DNA of 47,318 nt, taken from the IMG/VR virus record IMGVR_UViG_2675903417_000001, positions 1-47,318 of that record. One strand, 5' to 3'. A model generated the notes under the pieces. It was not told the origin of the DNA, did no database searches, and saw nothing but the letters and a program-made list of their open reading frames with translations. The DNA is from a virus. Its lineage: Duplodnaviria; Heunggongvirae; Uroviricota; Caudoviricetes. Of this stretch, positions 29,259-37,799 are shown one piece after another. Each line of letters opens with the position of its first letter. Position 1 is the stretch's first letter. A program made the translations under genes and the position numbers.

Positions 29259-29738
29259 ATGGATAAAATTAATTACCCACCCCTGTTTGAGCCAGGGTTC
29301 CATGACATGGATGAAGCTGGATTAAAATCGTATTGTGTCGATTGCTTTCCTTCATCATCCAGGCGAGGCATGCTATACTGTAATTTTATACAGCTACTCG
29401 AATCTATTCGAGAATTATCTGCTCAATATGGCTGTTTTACAGAAATATGGGTTGATGGTTCATACACCACGTCTAAACCAGAGCCTGATGATATTGATAT
29501 TTTGTTGGTATGTGACTATAGCAATATAAACTCAATACCTGTCATGCTTCGGGGCCGCGTCGATAATTTGCTTGACCGAAACTACATCAAACAAAACTAC
29601 AAAATTGATGTCCTACTACTCATGAAGAATTTAGATGACCCTAACTATGATTATGAGTACTGGCGTAGCTACTGGCGCGGTTGGTTTGGTTTTGATCGCA
29701 GTGAAAACCCGAAAGGGTTAGTGAGGATTTTTTTATGA
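29259..29738 (+). CDS. minimal nucleotidyltransferase (MNT-fold) protein, accessory
   Basis: 159-aa ORF with AAGG RBS; 'EIWVDGSYTTSKPEPDDIDILLV' matches the GS-x9-DxD nucleotidyltransferase signature; AT-rich; stop overlaps next start (ATGA). Confidence 0.6.
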   Translation: MDKINYPPLFEPGFHDMDEAGLKSYCVDCFPSSSRRGMLYCNFIQLLESIRELSAQYGCFTEIWVDGSYTTSKPEPDDIDILLVCDYSNINSIPVMLRGRVDNLLDRNYIKQNYKIDVLLLMKNLDDPNYDYEYWRSYWRGWFGFDRSENPKGLVRIFL

Positions 29739-30667
29739 ATGATAAATCAATGTTTAAAAATTGCGATAAACGCATTGATTTCATTCAAAAAGAAGTCGAT
29801 GCAATGAAGCAAAACAAAACCAGGTCCTTTGCTGACATGCTTCTTTATCGCTCCATGGATTCTCATCTGAGCGATTTGAAGGCCGAAAAATTAAAGCAAG
29901 ATAGTCGGCACCCACTTATCGATTTTTTTGAGCTGCGGCTGAAAGGCTCTGAGGTTGACTTTGGCTCTATTCCTTTAGAGCTGCTTGGGGCTATTTCAAC
30001 AAATCTTGCAGCGCTAATACAAAGAGCAACACACAAAATTGCCTCAGGCAAGGACTCAAAAAAAGTTCCCTACGACGTGAAAAGCTCCTTAAACCTCAGG
30101 CTGGCTGATTTATCCCCTGGGTCTACAAAATTGGGCGTCACCTTCTCTACAGGAATAGCAGAATTAGTAGAAACAGTACCCAGCAAGGCTGTAAAAGGCA
30201 TATTCGATTTGTTGTTAAGCGATGACGACAACAACTTCATGAATCACGTCGCTGAAATTGGATACAATTCCACTGTAAGCCTTAAGAGAATCGTAGAGGA
30301 ATGCGATAAACACAACTTAACATTTGATGCAAGTTGGACCGGTCCATTTAGTAATGGCACCAAGGTGGCAACTATTGACTCCAATAAAATTAAGTACTTG
30401 GTGAGTAGACTTACATCAACCATTTCATCCCCTCCCATTACTGAAACGGTTACAGGCGAACTGGTCGTTCTATCCAAATATGGGAAGCTGGAGCTTGATG
30501 TTGGTGGTGAACATTTAAAGGCTTCCTATCCGATTGAAATGCTAGATTTAATACAAAAAAAACACAAGGTCGGACAGATTGTTTCTCTTTTAGTGGAGAC
30601 TACTGAGATTCACAATGATCGCATAGGTCTGTACCGTAAAAACCATCTTGTTAAATCGGTTCTTTAA
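29735..30667 (+). CDS. hypothetical 310-aa protein, partner of MNT-like gene
   Basis: ORF with GAGGA RBS, translationally coupled to upstream gene; no motif recognised; AT-rich. Confidence 0.6.
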   Translation: MNDKSMFKNCDKRIDFIQKEVDAMKQNKTRSFADMLLYRSMDSHLSDLKAEKLKQDSRHPLIDFFELRLKGSEVDFGSIPLELLGAISTNLAALIQRATHKIASGKDSKKVPYDVKSSLNLRLADLSPGSTKLGVTFSTGIAELVETVPSKAVKGIFDLLLSDDDNNFMNHVAEIGYNSTVSLKRIVEECDKHNLTFDASWTGPFSNGTKVATIDSNKIKYLVSRLTSTISSPPITETVTGELVVLSKYGKLELDVGGEHLKASYPIEMLDLIQKKHKVGQIVSLLVETTEIHNDRIGLYRKNHLVKSVL

Positions 30668-30673
30668 TATCTC

Positions 30674-30699
30674 ACCCGGCCACCGCGCCGGGTTTTCTT
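30674..30699 (+). terminator. intrinsic terminator after accessory cassette (tIMM-like)
   Basis: Hairpin ACCCGGC-CACCGC-GCCGGGT followed by TTTCTTT, 7 nt after stop. Confidence 0.5.
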
Positions 30700-30872
30700 T
30701 GCCTCTCGATCCCCCACCTAAAAACACATAACCAATTGTATTTATTGATGTAACTCGCTAAACCATGCAGTTCTGATCCCTGCCGCATAACCTTCATCAG
30801 CCACATTTTCAAAAATAAATTTCCTTATATATCAGAATTATACTTCGTATAGTTAATAAATCACCAAAATTC

Positions 30873-30914
30873 GTACCAATGGTTCTTGATAATGTCGAAC
30901 TATTGGTTCATTAT
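30873..30914 (+). promoter_or_regulatory. candidate pL promoter with two OL operators
   Basis: GTACCAATGGTTC (30873-30885) and GAACTATTGGTTC (30897-30909), 24 bp apart, same half-sites and spacing as OR; overlap TTGATA (30886-30891) - 17 bp - CATTAT (30909-30914). Confidence 0.45.
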
Positions 30915-30983
30915 TATCGTCATCAGCAGGACGCACTACTCACCATGGCGGTGAATATACAACGATTCGAATATGAATCTACG

Positions 30984-30998
30984 GCGCTGACAAAGCGC
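30984..30998 (+). promoter_or_regulatory. nutL boxB (P22-type, GACAA loop)
   Basis: GCGCTGACAAAGCGC: 5-bp GC stem with GACAA loop, same loop as nutR hairpin; upstream of N-like gene. Confidence 0.5.
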
Positions 30999-31259
30999 AA
31001 TAACCAAAGTGAACTTTGGGGTGTGGTGAAGCCAGCTAGTCACTGGCAAGTGCTTACCTACTGTTGAGCGGTGAAGCGCTCCCAACGCTAGCAATAGCGT
31101 GGACGAGATGGGGAGCCGCGGGCGATAAGGCCGCCATAACGCGCACGTTGTCGCATGGAAAAATCACTGGGGTGCCGGTTATACCCCTCCGAATGAGACT
31201 CAACAAGCTGGAGCTAGACTACCAGCCACCACACCACCAAAGTTCATCAGGAGGTCTAT

Positions 31260-31643
31260 ATGACACGCAGAACTCAGTTCAAAGGCAATTCACGTTCTCG
31301 TCGTCGTGAGCGTTTAAAGGCAAAGGCATTAGCTAACGGCGTACTGGCCCGCGAAGAAGCAATAAGTTCAGAAGTATTACACCGCCCTACTCTAAGCAGA
31401 GCGCAGATTCAGGCTAAAGGTACTCACGAAACGCCTGAGCGCATAGAAGACGCTAAGCCAATTAAGTTCATGGCACAGGACGTGATCTGGCAACAGAAAG
31501 AATACAGACGCAATCTGGAGCGAGCGGCCATTGTGTACGCGAATGAGTTTGGACATAAGCAACCAGAAACTGGTGTATGTCTTCCAAACGTAGCCATTTA
31601 CGCGGCAGGCTACCGGAAATCAAAACAACTGACAGCGAGGTAA
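31260..31643 (+). CDS. N-like transcription antiterminator (P22 gene 24-like)
   Basis: 127-aa ORF with GGAGG RBS; N-terminal arginine-rich motif 'RSRRRERLKAKA'; C-terminal 'VAIYAAGYRKSKQLTAR' resembles P22 gp24 C-terminus as recalled. Confidence 0.7.
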   Translation: MTRRTQFKGNSRSRRRERLKAKALANGVLAREEAISSEVLHRPTLSRAQIQAKGTHETPERIEDAKPIKFMAQDVIWQQKEYRRNLERAAIVYANEFGHKQPETGVCLPNVAIYAAGYRKSKQLTAR

Positions 31644-31871
31644 GTGGTGAATCAGACATACATTCCGGCGTGCTTGAGAAATCTGCCAAAGCAGAAAGCA
31701 AAGCCCCGAAAGCAAGCCATAAAGGACGCTAAGGCAGAGGTTATTGATCAAGCAATACAATTGCTCAGGGAGGAGTTAAGAAGTGGCAAGCTCGAAGGAA
31801 TGATGATGCCCTATCAGCGCGGATATCTATCGGCGATTAGTAAGTTGGAAGTATTGAAGAGTGAATTATGA
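31644..31871 (+). CDS. hypothetical early protein
   Basis: 75-aa ORF (GTG start directly after N stop). Confidence 0.3.
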   Translation: MVNQTYIPACLRNLPKQKAKPRKQAIKDAKAEVIDQAIQLLREELRSGKLEGMMMPYQRGYLSAISKLEVLKSEL

Positions 31872-31933
31872 ACTATCTGGAATTTCCTGATGGTTCATTG
31901 TTTTGGCAGCAAACCACTTATTTGAGGTGAAAT

Positions 31934-32101
31934 ATGGAAATTGAAATACCAGACAGCTTCGACCCTGAATGGCAAGCAATGATGCTTCGCCAGTTAGCTG
32001 GGAACATTGAGGCACTTAAAAATCGAGAAGATGAACCTGACGAACTACTTATCGACTGCGAGGAAATTATCGAATCTCTTCGCGAATATTCAGGATTTTA
32101 A
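31934..32101 (+). CDS. hypothetical small acidic protein (55 aa)
   Basis: ATG 31934 with GAGGTG RBS; not in ORF track (below cutoff); followed by terminator. Confidence 0.4.
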   Translation: MEIEIPDSFDPEWQAMMLRQLAGNIEALKNREDEPDELLIDCEEIIESLREYSGF

Positions 32102-32126
32102 GGCCGAATAGTCGGCCTTTATTTTT
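32101..32126 (+). terminator. intrinsic terminator
   Basis: Hairpin AGGCCG-AATAGT-CGGCCT followed by TTATTTTT. Confidence 0.45.
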
Positions 32127-32284
32127 GGCATAAACAACAGAATAAACACTGCACTGTGTATTCATTCCAACGAGTGAATACACGGAGCAATGTCGCTCGT
32201 AACTAAACAGGAGCCGACTTGTTCTGATTATTGGAAATCTTCTTTGCCCTCTAATGTGAGGGCGATTTTTTTGATGGAGGATAT

Positions 32285-33253
32285 ATGAGTGAAGTAACAG
32301 ATTTAGTTGTTATTGAAAAAGCAAATGCAATGACTGTATTTCAGTCTGCCGACCAGATTGAAGAAATCCTTCAAAAGGTTGAACGTGAAGTTATGTCCTT
32401 TGTGCCTGATATCACAACGGCAAAGGGCAGAAAGGAGATCGCTTCTCTGGCGTATAAAGTTGCGCAGACGAAAACATATCTCGATGGTCTTGGCAAAGAC
32501 CTTGTTGCTGAACTGAAGGAAATTCCAAAGCTAATTGATGCTAACCGCAAGACAGTGCGTGATCGCCTTGATGAGCTGAAAGCCAAGGCACGCCAGCCTC
32601 TTACTGATTATGAGGAAGAACAGGCGCGGATTAAAGCCGAAGAAGAAGCTAAGGCAGCAGCTGAAGCTCTCGCAAAGCAAATTGAGTCTGACCATGAAAT
32701 AGCTATTTTGATGGATCGCGAATTTGACCGCCAAAGAGAAGAGGCAAGACTCAAAGCGGAGCAGGAAAAGCGAGAGCATGAAGAACGCTTAAAAAGAGAA
32801 GCTGAAGAGAAAGCCAGAGCAGAAGCCGAAGCAAAGGCAAAAGCCGAAATTGAAGCAGCAGCAAGGCGAGAAGCAGAAGCTAAGGCCGCAGCGGAACGTG
32901 CAGAGCGTGAACGCATTGAAGCCGAGCAACGAGCACAGCGCGAAGCAAAAGAGGCAGCAGAACGAGCTGAAAGAGAAAAGCAGGCGGCAATTGAAGCAGA
33001 ACGCCGAAAAGCACAGGAGGAGGCTGAACGAATCCGGCGCGAGGCTAAAGCAAAAGAGCAAGCCAGAATCGCAGAAGAAAAAAGAATCAAGGACGAAGAA
33101 GAGCACAGAGCAAAGGATAAAGCTCGCCGGAAAGAAGTAAATAACAAAATACTTGCTGACCTTATCAAGGTTGGCGCATCAGAAGATGTTGCTAAAAATA
33201 TCATAACAGCCATCGTAAAAGGCGAAGTATTCGCAACAAAAATAACCTACTAA
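32285..33253 (+). CDS. coiled-coil protein with Ala/Glu/Lys/Arg-rich low-complexity core
   Basis: 322-aa ORF with GGAGG RBS; central ~180 aa of 'EAEAKAKAE / REAKEAAERAE' repeats. Confidence 0.6.
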   Translation: MSEVTDLVVIEKANAMTVFQSADQIEEILQKVEREVMSFVPDITTAKGRKEIASLAYKVAQTKTYLDGLGKDLVAELKEIPKLIDANRKTVRDRLDELKAKARQPLTDYEEEQARIKAEEEAKAAAEALAKQIESDHEIAILMDREFDRQREEARLKAEQEKREHEERLKREAEEKARAEAEAKAKAEIEAAARREAEAKAAAERAERERIEAEQRAQREAKEAAERAEREKQAAIEAERRKAQEEAERIRREAKAKEQARIAEEKRIKDEEEHRAKDKARRKEVNNKILADLIKVGASEDVAKNIITAIVKGEVFATKITY

Positions 33254-33542
33254 TAAAACCAACATAAGGAACCACCCATGATTTACGCAATCGCGGGAGG
33301 CGCTCGCATGGGTGCCTTCCAACTAAATGAATCTTTACTTGAACGAATCACCCGTAAATTACGTGACGGATGGAAAAGAGTTGAGGTCTTATTATGCGCA
33401 ATGAAATAGCCATCAATCACCAGATGCTTCGTGCTGCACAAAACAAAGCAGTAATAGCCAGATTTATTGGTGATTCCAAAATGTGGCTTGAAGCAAATAA
33501 AGCGATGAAATCAGCGATCAACATTCCGTGGTATCGCAGGAA

Positions 33543-33713
33543 ATGAGTTTTACAGATAACTGGTCAGACGAAGAATTCATTCGTCAGATGAAAGAATTAA
33601 TCGGTAACGAAGGAGATATTCATGTCACTTGCAACCACAGTGAAGGAGAGCAAGTTACAGAGACGCATGTACACGCAGCAGGCGTTAATGTATCGCCAGA
33701 AGGGAGATCGTGA
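33543..33713 (+). CDS. hypothetical small early protein
   Basis: ORF 33528-33713 in track, probable ATG 33543; two further unlisted small ORFs with RBS at 33278-33412 and 33394-33546. Confidence 0.3.
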   Translation: MSFTDNWSDEEFIRQMKELIGNEGDIHVTCNHSEGEQVTETHVHAAGVNVSPEGRS

Positions 33714-33800
33714 AGGTGTTCGCGTATTTTTAAATGCGGCAAAGGCTGAAGTATTAAATCAGCGTTATTTCCTTGGGCCGTGTCCATTCTGAGGTGAATT

Positions 33801-34508
33801 ATGGATTTGAATAAATTCGATGAGCCATTCAGCCCTGAAGATATCGAATGGCGAATACAGCAAAGCGGTAAAACACGCGATGGCAAGGTGTGGGCTATGG
33901 TGCTGGCTTATGTCACGAACCGGGCAATCATGAAACGCCTGGACGATGTTTGCGGCAAAGCAGGATGGCGCAATGAATACCGCGATATTCCCAACAACGG
34001 CGGCGTTGAATGCGGCATATCAATAAAGATTGATTCCGAATGGGTAACCAAATGGGATGCTGCTGAAAACACGCAGGTAGAAGCCGTCAAAGGTGGTCGT
34101 TCCGGTGCAATGAAGCGCGCTGCCGTTCAGTGGGGAATCGGTAGGTATCTGTATAACCTTGAGGAAGGTTTCGCACAAACATCTCTCGATAAAAAGCAGG
34201 GGTGGCACAGGGCAAAACTGAAGGATGGAACAGGGTTTTACTGGCTCCCTCCATCGCTGCCGGGATGGGCAATCCCAGCATCAGATAACAAACCATCGCC
34301 AGAAAATACCAACCAGAAATCTCCATCGGTTGACTGCGAGCAAATCCTGAAAGACTTCAGCGATTATGCGTCAACAGAAACTGACAAGAAAAAACTCATC
34401 GAGCGTTATCAGCGTGACTGGCAATTAATGGCTGGCAATGAGGAGGCGCAGGCTAAATGCGTTCAGGTAATGAACATCAGAGTTAACGAACTAAAACAGG
34501 CGGCATAA
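33801..34508 (+). CDS. Rad52-family single-strand annealing protein (Sak/Erf-like recombinase)
   Basis: 235-aa ORF; 'KWDAAENTQVEAVKGGRSGAMKRAAVQWGIGRYLY' fits the Rad52/Sak conserved core; followed by ssb and exonuclease. Confidence 0.65.
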   Translation: MDLNKFDEPFSPEDIEWRIQQSGKTRDGKVWAMVLAYVTNRAIMKRLDDVCGKAGWRNEYRDIPNNGGVECGISIKIDSEWVTKWDAAENTQVEAVKGGRSGAMKRAAVQWGIGRYLYNLEEGFAQTSLDKKQGWHRAKLKDGTGFYWLPPSLPGWAIPASDNKPSPENTNQKSPSVDCEQILKDFSDYASTETDKKKLIERYQRDWQLMAGNEEAQAKCVQVMNIRVNELKQAA

Positions 34509-35015
34509 ATGGCAAGCAGAGGCGTAAATAAGGTGATTATCCTTGGTCGGGTAGGACAAGACCCGGAAGTTCGATACTCACCATCAGGAACAGCGTTCGC
34601 TAACCTGACAATAGCCACGTCAGAACAATGGCGAGATAAAAATACTGGCGAGCAAAAGGAATTGACTGAATGGCATCGTGTTGCTGTATCCGGGAAACTG
34701 GCTGAGGTCGTGGGGCAGTATGTGAAAAAAGGTGATCAGATTTATTTCGAGGGAATGCTGAGAACCAGAAAGTGGAAAGACCAGTCAGGGCAAGACCGTT
34801 ACACAACCGAGGTTCATGTCGGAATTAATGGCGTGATGCAAATGCTTGGCGGCATTGGCGACAGCAAACAACAAGCAGCCAGCAGGCAATCACAGAAGCC
34901 ACAGCAGCAATCATCACCAGCACAACACAACGAACCTCCGATGGATTTTGACGACGATATACCCTTTGCACCAGTAACTCTCCCCTTCCCTCGTCACGCT
35001 ATTCACGCAATTTAA
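34509..35015 (+). CDS. ssb: single-stranded DNA-binding protein
   Basis: 168-aa ORF; OB-fold N-terminus '[36 protein letters not shown]', Gln-rich linker, acidic tail 'MDFDDDIPF'. Confidence 0.85.
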   Translation: MASRGVNKVIILGRVGQDPEVRYSPSGTAFANLTIATSEQWRDKNTGEQKELTEWHRVAVSGKLAEVVGQYVKKGDQIYFEGMLRTRKWKDQSGQDRYTTEVHVGINGVMQMLGGIGDSKQQAASRQSQKPQQQSSPAQHNEPPMDFDDDIPFAPVTLPFPRHAIHAI

Positions 35016-35023
35016 GGACTTAC

Positions 35024-35572
35024 ATGAATCACTTGATGGTTGACCTTGAAACAATGGGCAACGGGCCATACGCGCCAGTTATTTCTATTGGGGCGGTATT
35101 CTTTGACCCGAATACCGGAGAAACAGGAGAAGAGTTCTCGGTAAATATCTCGCTTGAGTCATCAATGCGATATCGGGCGCGTCCTGACGCTTCAACGATT
35201 TTATGGTGGCTGGAACAGAGTGAAGAAGCCAGAAAATCGCTAACCAGCAACACTCAGGAGCTTTCAACGGCTCTTTCATGGTTATCTGAATTCATCATAA
35301 AGAACGCTAACCACAAATTCGTTCAGGTTTGGGGGAATGGAGCATCATTTGACTGCGTTATTCTCCGAAACAGTTATTCGCTGACAGGGCAGCCAGTTCC
35401 ATGGCAGTGGTGGAATGACCGCGACGTAAGAACAATCGTCGAGCTTGGAAAGGTAATAGGATTCGACCCTAAGCGAGATATGCCATTCAAAGGAACTCGC
35501 CACAACGCTCTTGATGATGCCATTCACCAAGCCAAATACGTTTCAGCGATCTGGAAAAAGTTAGCTAAATAA
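35024..35572 (+). CDS. DEDDh-family 3'-5' exonuclease
   Basis: 182-aa ORF; 'MVDLETMG' (DxE) and 'HNALDDA' motifs. Confidence 0.75.
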   Translation: MNHLMVDLETMGNGPYAPVISIGAVFFDPNTGETGEEFSVNISLESSMRYRARPDASTILWWLEQSEEARKSLTSNTQELSTALSWLSEFIIKNANHKFVQVWGNGASFDCVILRNSYSLTGQPVPWQWWNDRDVRTIVELGKVIGFDPKRDMPFKGTRHNALDDAIHQAKYVSAIWKKLAK

Positions 35573-35588
35573 TCAACAGGAGAAAACC

Positions 35589-35882
35589 ATGCCAGCGCCT
35601 CTGTATGGTGCGGATGACCCGCGCCGCTGTTCCGGCAATTCCGTATCGGAGGTGCTGGATAAATTCAGAAAAAACTACGACCTGATAATGTCGCTACCGC
35701 AGGAAACGAAAGAGGAAAAGGAATTTCGCCATTGTATATGGCTTGCAGAGAAAGAAGAACGCGAGCGAATTTACCAGACATCAATCCGCCCATTCCGCAA
35801 AGCCACATATACCCACTTCCCTGAAATTGACCCGCGCCTGCGTAATTACCGCTCACGCTATGGCGCTATCAGTAATGACTGA
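35589..35882 (+). CDS. hypothetical protein
   Basis: 97-aa ORF in track. Confidence 0.4.
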   Translation: MPAPLYGADDPRRCSGNSVSEVLDKFRKNYDLIMSLPQETKEEKEFRHCIWLAEKEERERIYQTSIRPFRKATYTHFPEIDPRLRNYRSRYGAISND

Positions 35883-35892
35883 GGAATTTACC

Positions 35893-36060
35893 ATGAGAGG
35901 ACTTGCATACAATCCCGGCATTCTTCCGGCAGAAATGATTATTCGCCAACGCGTAAAGCCAATGCCATCGAGAGAGGAGTTGCTTAAGAGAAATTCTTTT
36001 CCATCAGTAAATCAAAACAAATATCTGAATGCGATGTTGCGCAAAGGAGGCAACCAGTGA
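35893..36060 (+). CDS. hypothetical small protein (55 aa)
   Basis: ATG 35893 with GAGGA 7 nt upstream; stop overlaps next start (GTGA). Confidence 0.35.
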   Translation: MRGLAYNPGILPAEMIIRQRVKPMPSREELLKRNSFPSVNQNKYLNAMLRKGGNQ

Positions 36061-36542
36061 CTGGACATGCAGCAATCCTCGACATGTGCTGTGGCAGTCG
36101 CATGTTCTGGTTCGATAAGAAGGACGGCCGGGCGATATTTAGCGATATCAGAAAGGAAGAGCACACATTGTGTGATGGACGACGGCTGATAATTAGCCCT
36201 GACCTGATAGCAGATTTTCGTGCATTACCATTTGCAGACGCATCGTTTCCGGTTGTTGTATTCGACCCTCCGCATCTTGAGCGTGTTGGTGATAACGCCT
36301 GGATGGGAAAGAAATATGGACGGCTGAATAAAGATACCTGGCGTGATGATTTGCGGCAGGGATTTAAAGAAGCCTTTCGTGTGTTGCGGCCATACGGCGT
36401 TCTGATTTTTAAATGGAATGAAACGCAAATACCTGTTCGCCAGATATTGGCACTGACCGACAGAAAGCCTGTTATCGGTCAACGAACAGGAAAAGGTGAC
36501 AAGACCCACTGGATTATTTTTATGAAGGAGGGCAACCAGTGA
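36057..36542 (+). CDS. small DNA methyltransferase (DPPH motif; N6-adenine/N4-cytosine class)
   Basis: 161-aa ORF (GTG start, AGGAGG upstream); SAM motif 'ILDMCCGS' and catalytic 'VVFDPPH'. Confidence 0.7.
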   Translation: MTGHAAILDMCCGSRMFWFDKKDGRAIFSDIRKEEHTLCDGRRLIISPDLIADFRALPFADASFPVVVFDPPHLERVGDNAWMGKKYGRLNKDTWRDDLRQGFKEAFRVLRPYGVLIFKWNETQIPVRQILALTDRKPVIGQRTGKGDKTHWIIFMKEGNQ

Positions 36543-37104
36543 GCAAGATTGATTATCAGGCACTGCGTGCTAAGGCAGAAAAAGCAACGTGTGGCGAGTG
36601 GTCGCTCGAATATGGAGAGAGCCGATTTGAGGTGATGATGCGCTAATTCATCGTGAAGTTGCTGGATATATTCCCATTTGCAGAATTGAAGGAGCGCATC
36701 CAGAAAGCGGTTTCGATGAAGATTTCCAAATGGAACAGCAGGCCAATGCTGAATTCATCGCTGCAGCCAATCCGGCTACCGTCTTGGCGCTGCTGGGCGA
36801 GCTGGAAACAGCAAAAAAGCGCATAGCAGAACTGGAAGCCGAACTCGTAAGCCAAACTTACAAGTTGAACGAGCTATCGGGCAACTCTCCGGTAACTCCG
36901 GATGGTTGGATAAGCTGTAGTGAGCGAATGCCGGATACCAAAACAGCCGTTCTTGTTGCCGTGGAGTTTGACAGGAAAGGTGACTGGCGAATGAAATGGG
37001 CGACTTACATCCCGGGTCATCCTGACGCTAATGATGGGTGGATAATTCCTGGTGCGTCGTGGAAACCGTCACACTGGATGCCGCTACCAGAGCCTCCACT
37101 TTGA
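36539..37104 (+). pseudogene. Ea22/Ead-like protein with C-terminal DUF551, apparently split by a frameshift
   Basis: GTG 36539 ORF '[22 protein letters not shown]...' stops at 36646; a second frame is open from 36631 and continues as ORF 36730-37104 ('ELETAKKRIAELEAEL...GWISCSERMPDT...SHWMPLPEPP' DUF551-like). Confidence 0.35.
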
Positions 37105-37200
37105 AAGCGAAGCTTATACATATCTTTTACATCAGCAATCTATTGTTAATCTCCAATCAATGTTACGTTGTCATCTCACTCATGCTTTGGAGGTAGTGAT

Positions 37201-37380
37201 ATGTCTTGTCCAAAATGCGGTTCTGGAAATATTGCAAAAGAAAAAACAATGCGTGGATGGTCTGGTGATTATGTGTGCTGCGATTGCGGATACAACGACT
37301 CTAAAGACGCATTTGGAGAGCGTGGTAAAAACGAGTTTGTCAAAATTAATAAAGAACGCGAAGGCAACGAAAAAAGCTAA
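37201..37380 (+). CDS. small zinc-ribbon protein
   Basis: ORF 37168-37380; likely start ATG 37201 with GGAGG 7 nt upstream; 'CPKCGSG...CCDCG'. Confidence 0.45.
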   Translation: MSCPKCGSGNIAKEKTMRGWSGDYVCCDCGYNDSKDAFGERGKNEFVKINKEREGNEKS

Positions 37381-37443
37381 TTTATTTATTCATATATGAA
37401 AACAATGTAACCAATATTCGAATTGAAGAACTGAAAGAACACC

Positions 37444-37468
37444 AAGCCGCCTGATGGCGGTTTTTTTA
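37444..37468 (+). terminator. strong intrinsic terminator at end of prophage early-left operon
   Basis: Hairpin CCGCC-TGAT-GGCGG followed by TTTTTTT. Confidence 0.6.
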
Positions 37469-37477
37469 TTACCTGAT

Positions 37478-37493
37478 TTGCAGGTTCGATTCC
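37478..37493 (+). other. tRNA-like fragment (T-arm/T-loop, TTGCAGGTTCGATTCC); candidate att-site remnant
   Basis: Contains T-loop consensus GGTTCGATTCC but flanks cannot fold into a T-stem or acceptor stem; matches part of the 3' half of tRNA-Arg(CCU) argW as I recall it. Confidence 0.35.
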
Positions 37494-37512
37494 CTATTCG
37501 GAGATAGCACTC

Positions 37513-37713
37513 ATGCAACACGAACTACAACCTGATTCACTGGTTGATTTGAAATTCATCATGGCTGATACTGGCTTTGGTAAAACCTTCATCTACGACC
37601 GGATTAAGTCCGGCGACCTGCCAAAAGCCAAAGTTATCCACGGGCGAGCAAGATGGTTATATCGTGACCATTGTGAATTCAAAAATAAGCTCTTAAGCCG
37701 CGCCAATGGGTAA
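37513..37713 (+). CDS. AlpA/Xis-like HTH DNA-binding protein
   Basis: 66-aa ORF; 'LKFIMADTGFGKTFIYDRIKSGDLPKAKVIHGRARWLYRDHCEF' fits the AlpA/excisionase pattern; lies between the two tRNA-like fragments. Confidence 0.55.
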   Translation: MQHELQPDSLVDLKFIMADTGFGKTFIYDRIKSGDLPKAKVIHGRARWLYRDHCEFKNKLLSRANG

Positions 37714-37786
37714 AATAGCGGGTAAAATATTTTTCACATCTAAAAAACACCATTCCAATCAATCCCCTGCTGCTTCAAGTAGATGT

Positions 37787-37799
37787 CTGCAGGGGACAC
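37787..37799 (+). other. tRNA 3'-acceptor-like fragment (CTGCAGGGGACAC); candidate attL core of the integrase element
   Basis: About 175 bp upstream of the integrase start; part of an 8-bp inverted repeat TCCCCTGC...GCAGGGGA (37763-37796); matches the 3' end of argW as recalled. Confidence 0.35.

Larger units (their letters stand above)
1..37470. mobile_element. P22/Sf6-type lambdoid prophage (left boundary not resolved; may begin outside the window)
   Basis: Contiguous gene set in canonical P22 order (tailspike, mnt, ejection proteins, needle, gp10, gp4, coat, scaffold, portal, terminase, rha, lysis, Q, nin, replication, cII-cro-cI, N, early-left operon); ends at strong terminator 37444-37468 just before a tRNA-like fragment. 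Confidence 0.8.

Noticed and set aside
29259-30667. Assigning the two-gene cassette to rexAB or sieB
   Set aside because: Sizes and recognisable motifs do not fit: RexA/RexB are ~279/144 aa with a membrane RexB, and SieB is a small membrane protein, whereas gene 1 here has a nucleotidyltransferase signature and neither product looks like a polytopic membrane protein; kept as uncharacterised
32371-33213. Minus-strand ORFs (32608-33213 of 201 aa; 32789-33106; 32531-32779) encoding Ser/Ala/Cys/Phe-rich low-complexity proteins
   Set aside because: Antisense translations of the repetitive coiled-coil gene 32285-33253; low-complexity artefact
37478-37500. Possible complete tRNA gene at the T-loop-like motif GGTTCGATTCC
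   Set aside because: Flanking bases cannot form a T-stem (GCAGG versus CCCTA) or acceptor stem, no CCA end, and upstream sequence is a terminator hairpin rather than an anticodon or D arm; treated as a tRNA fragment only
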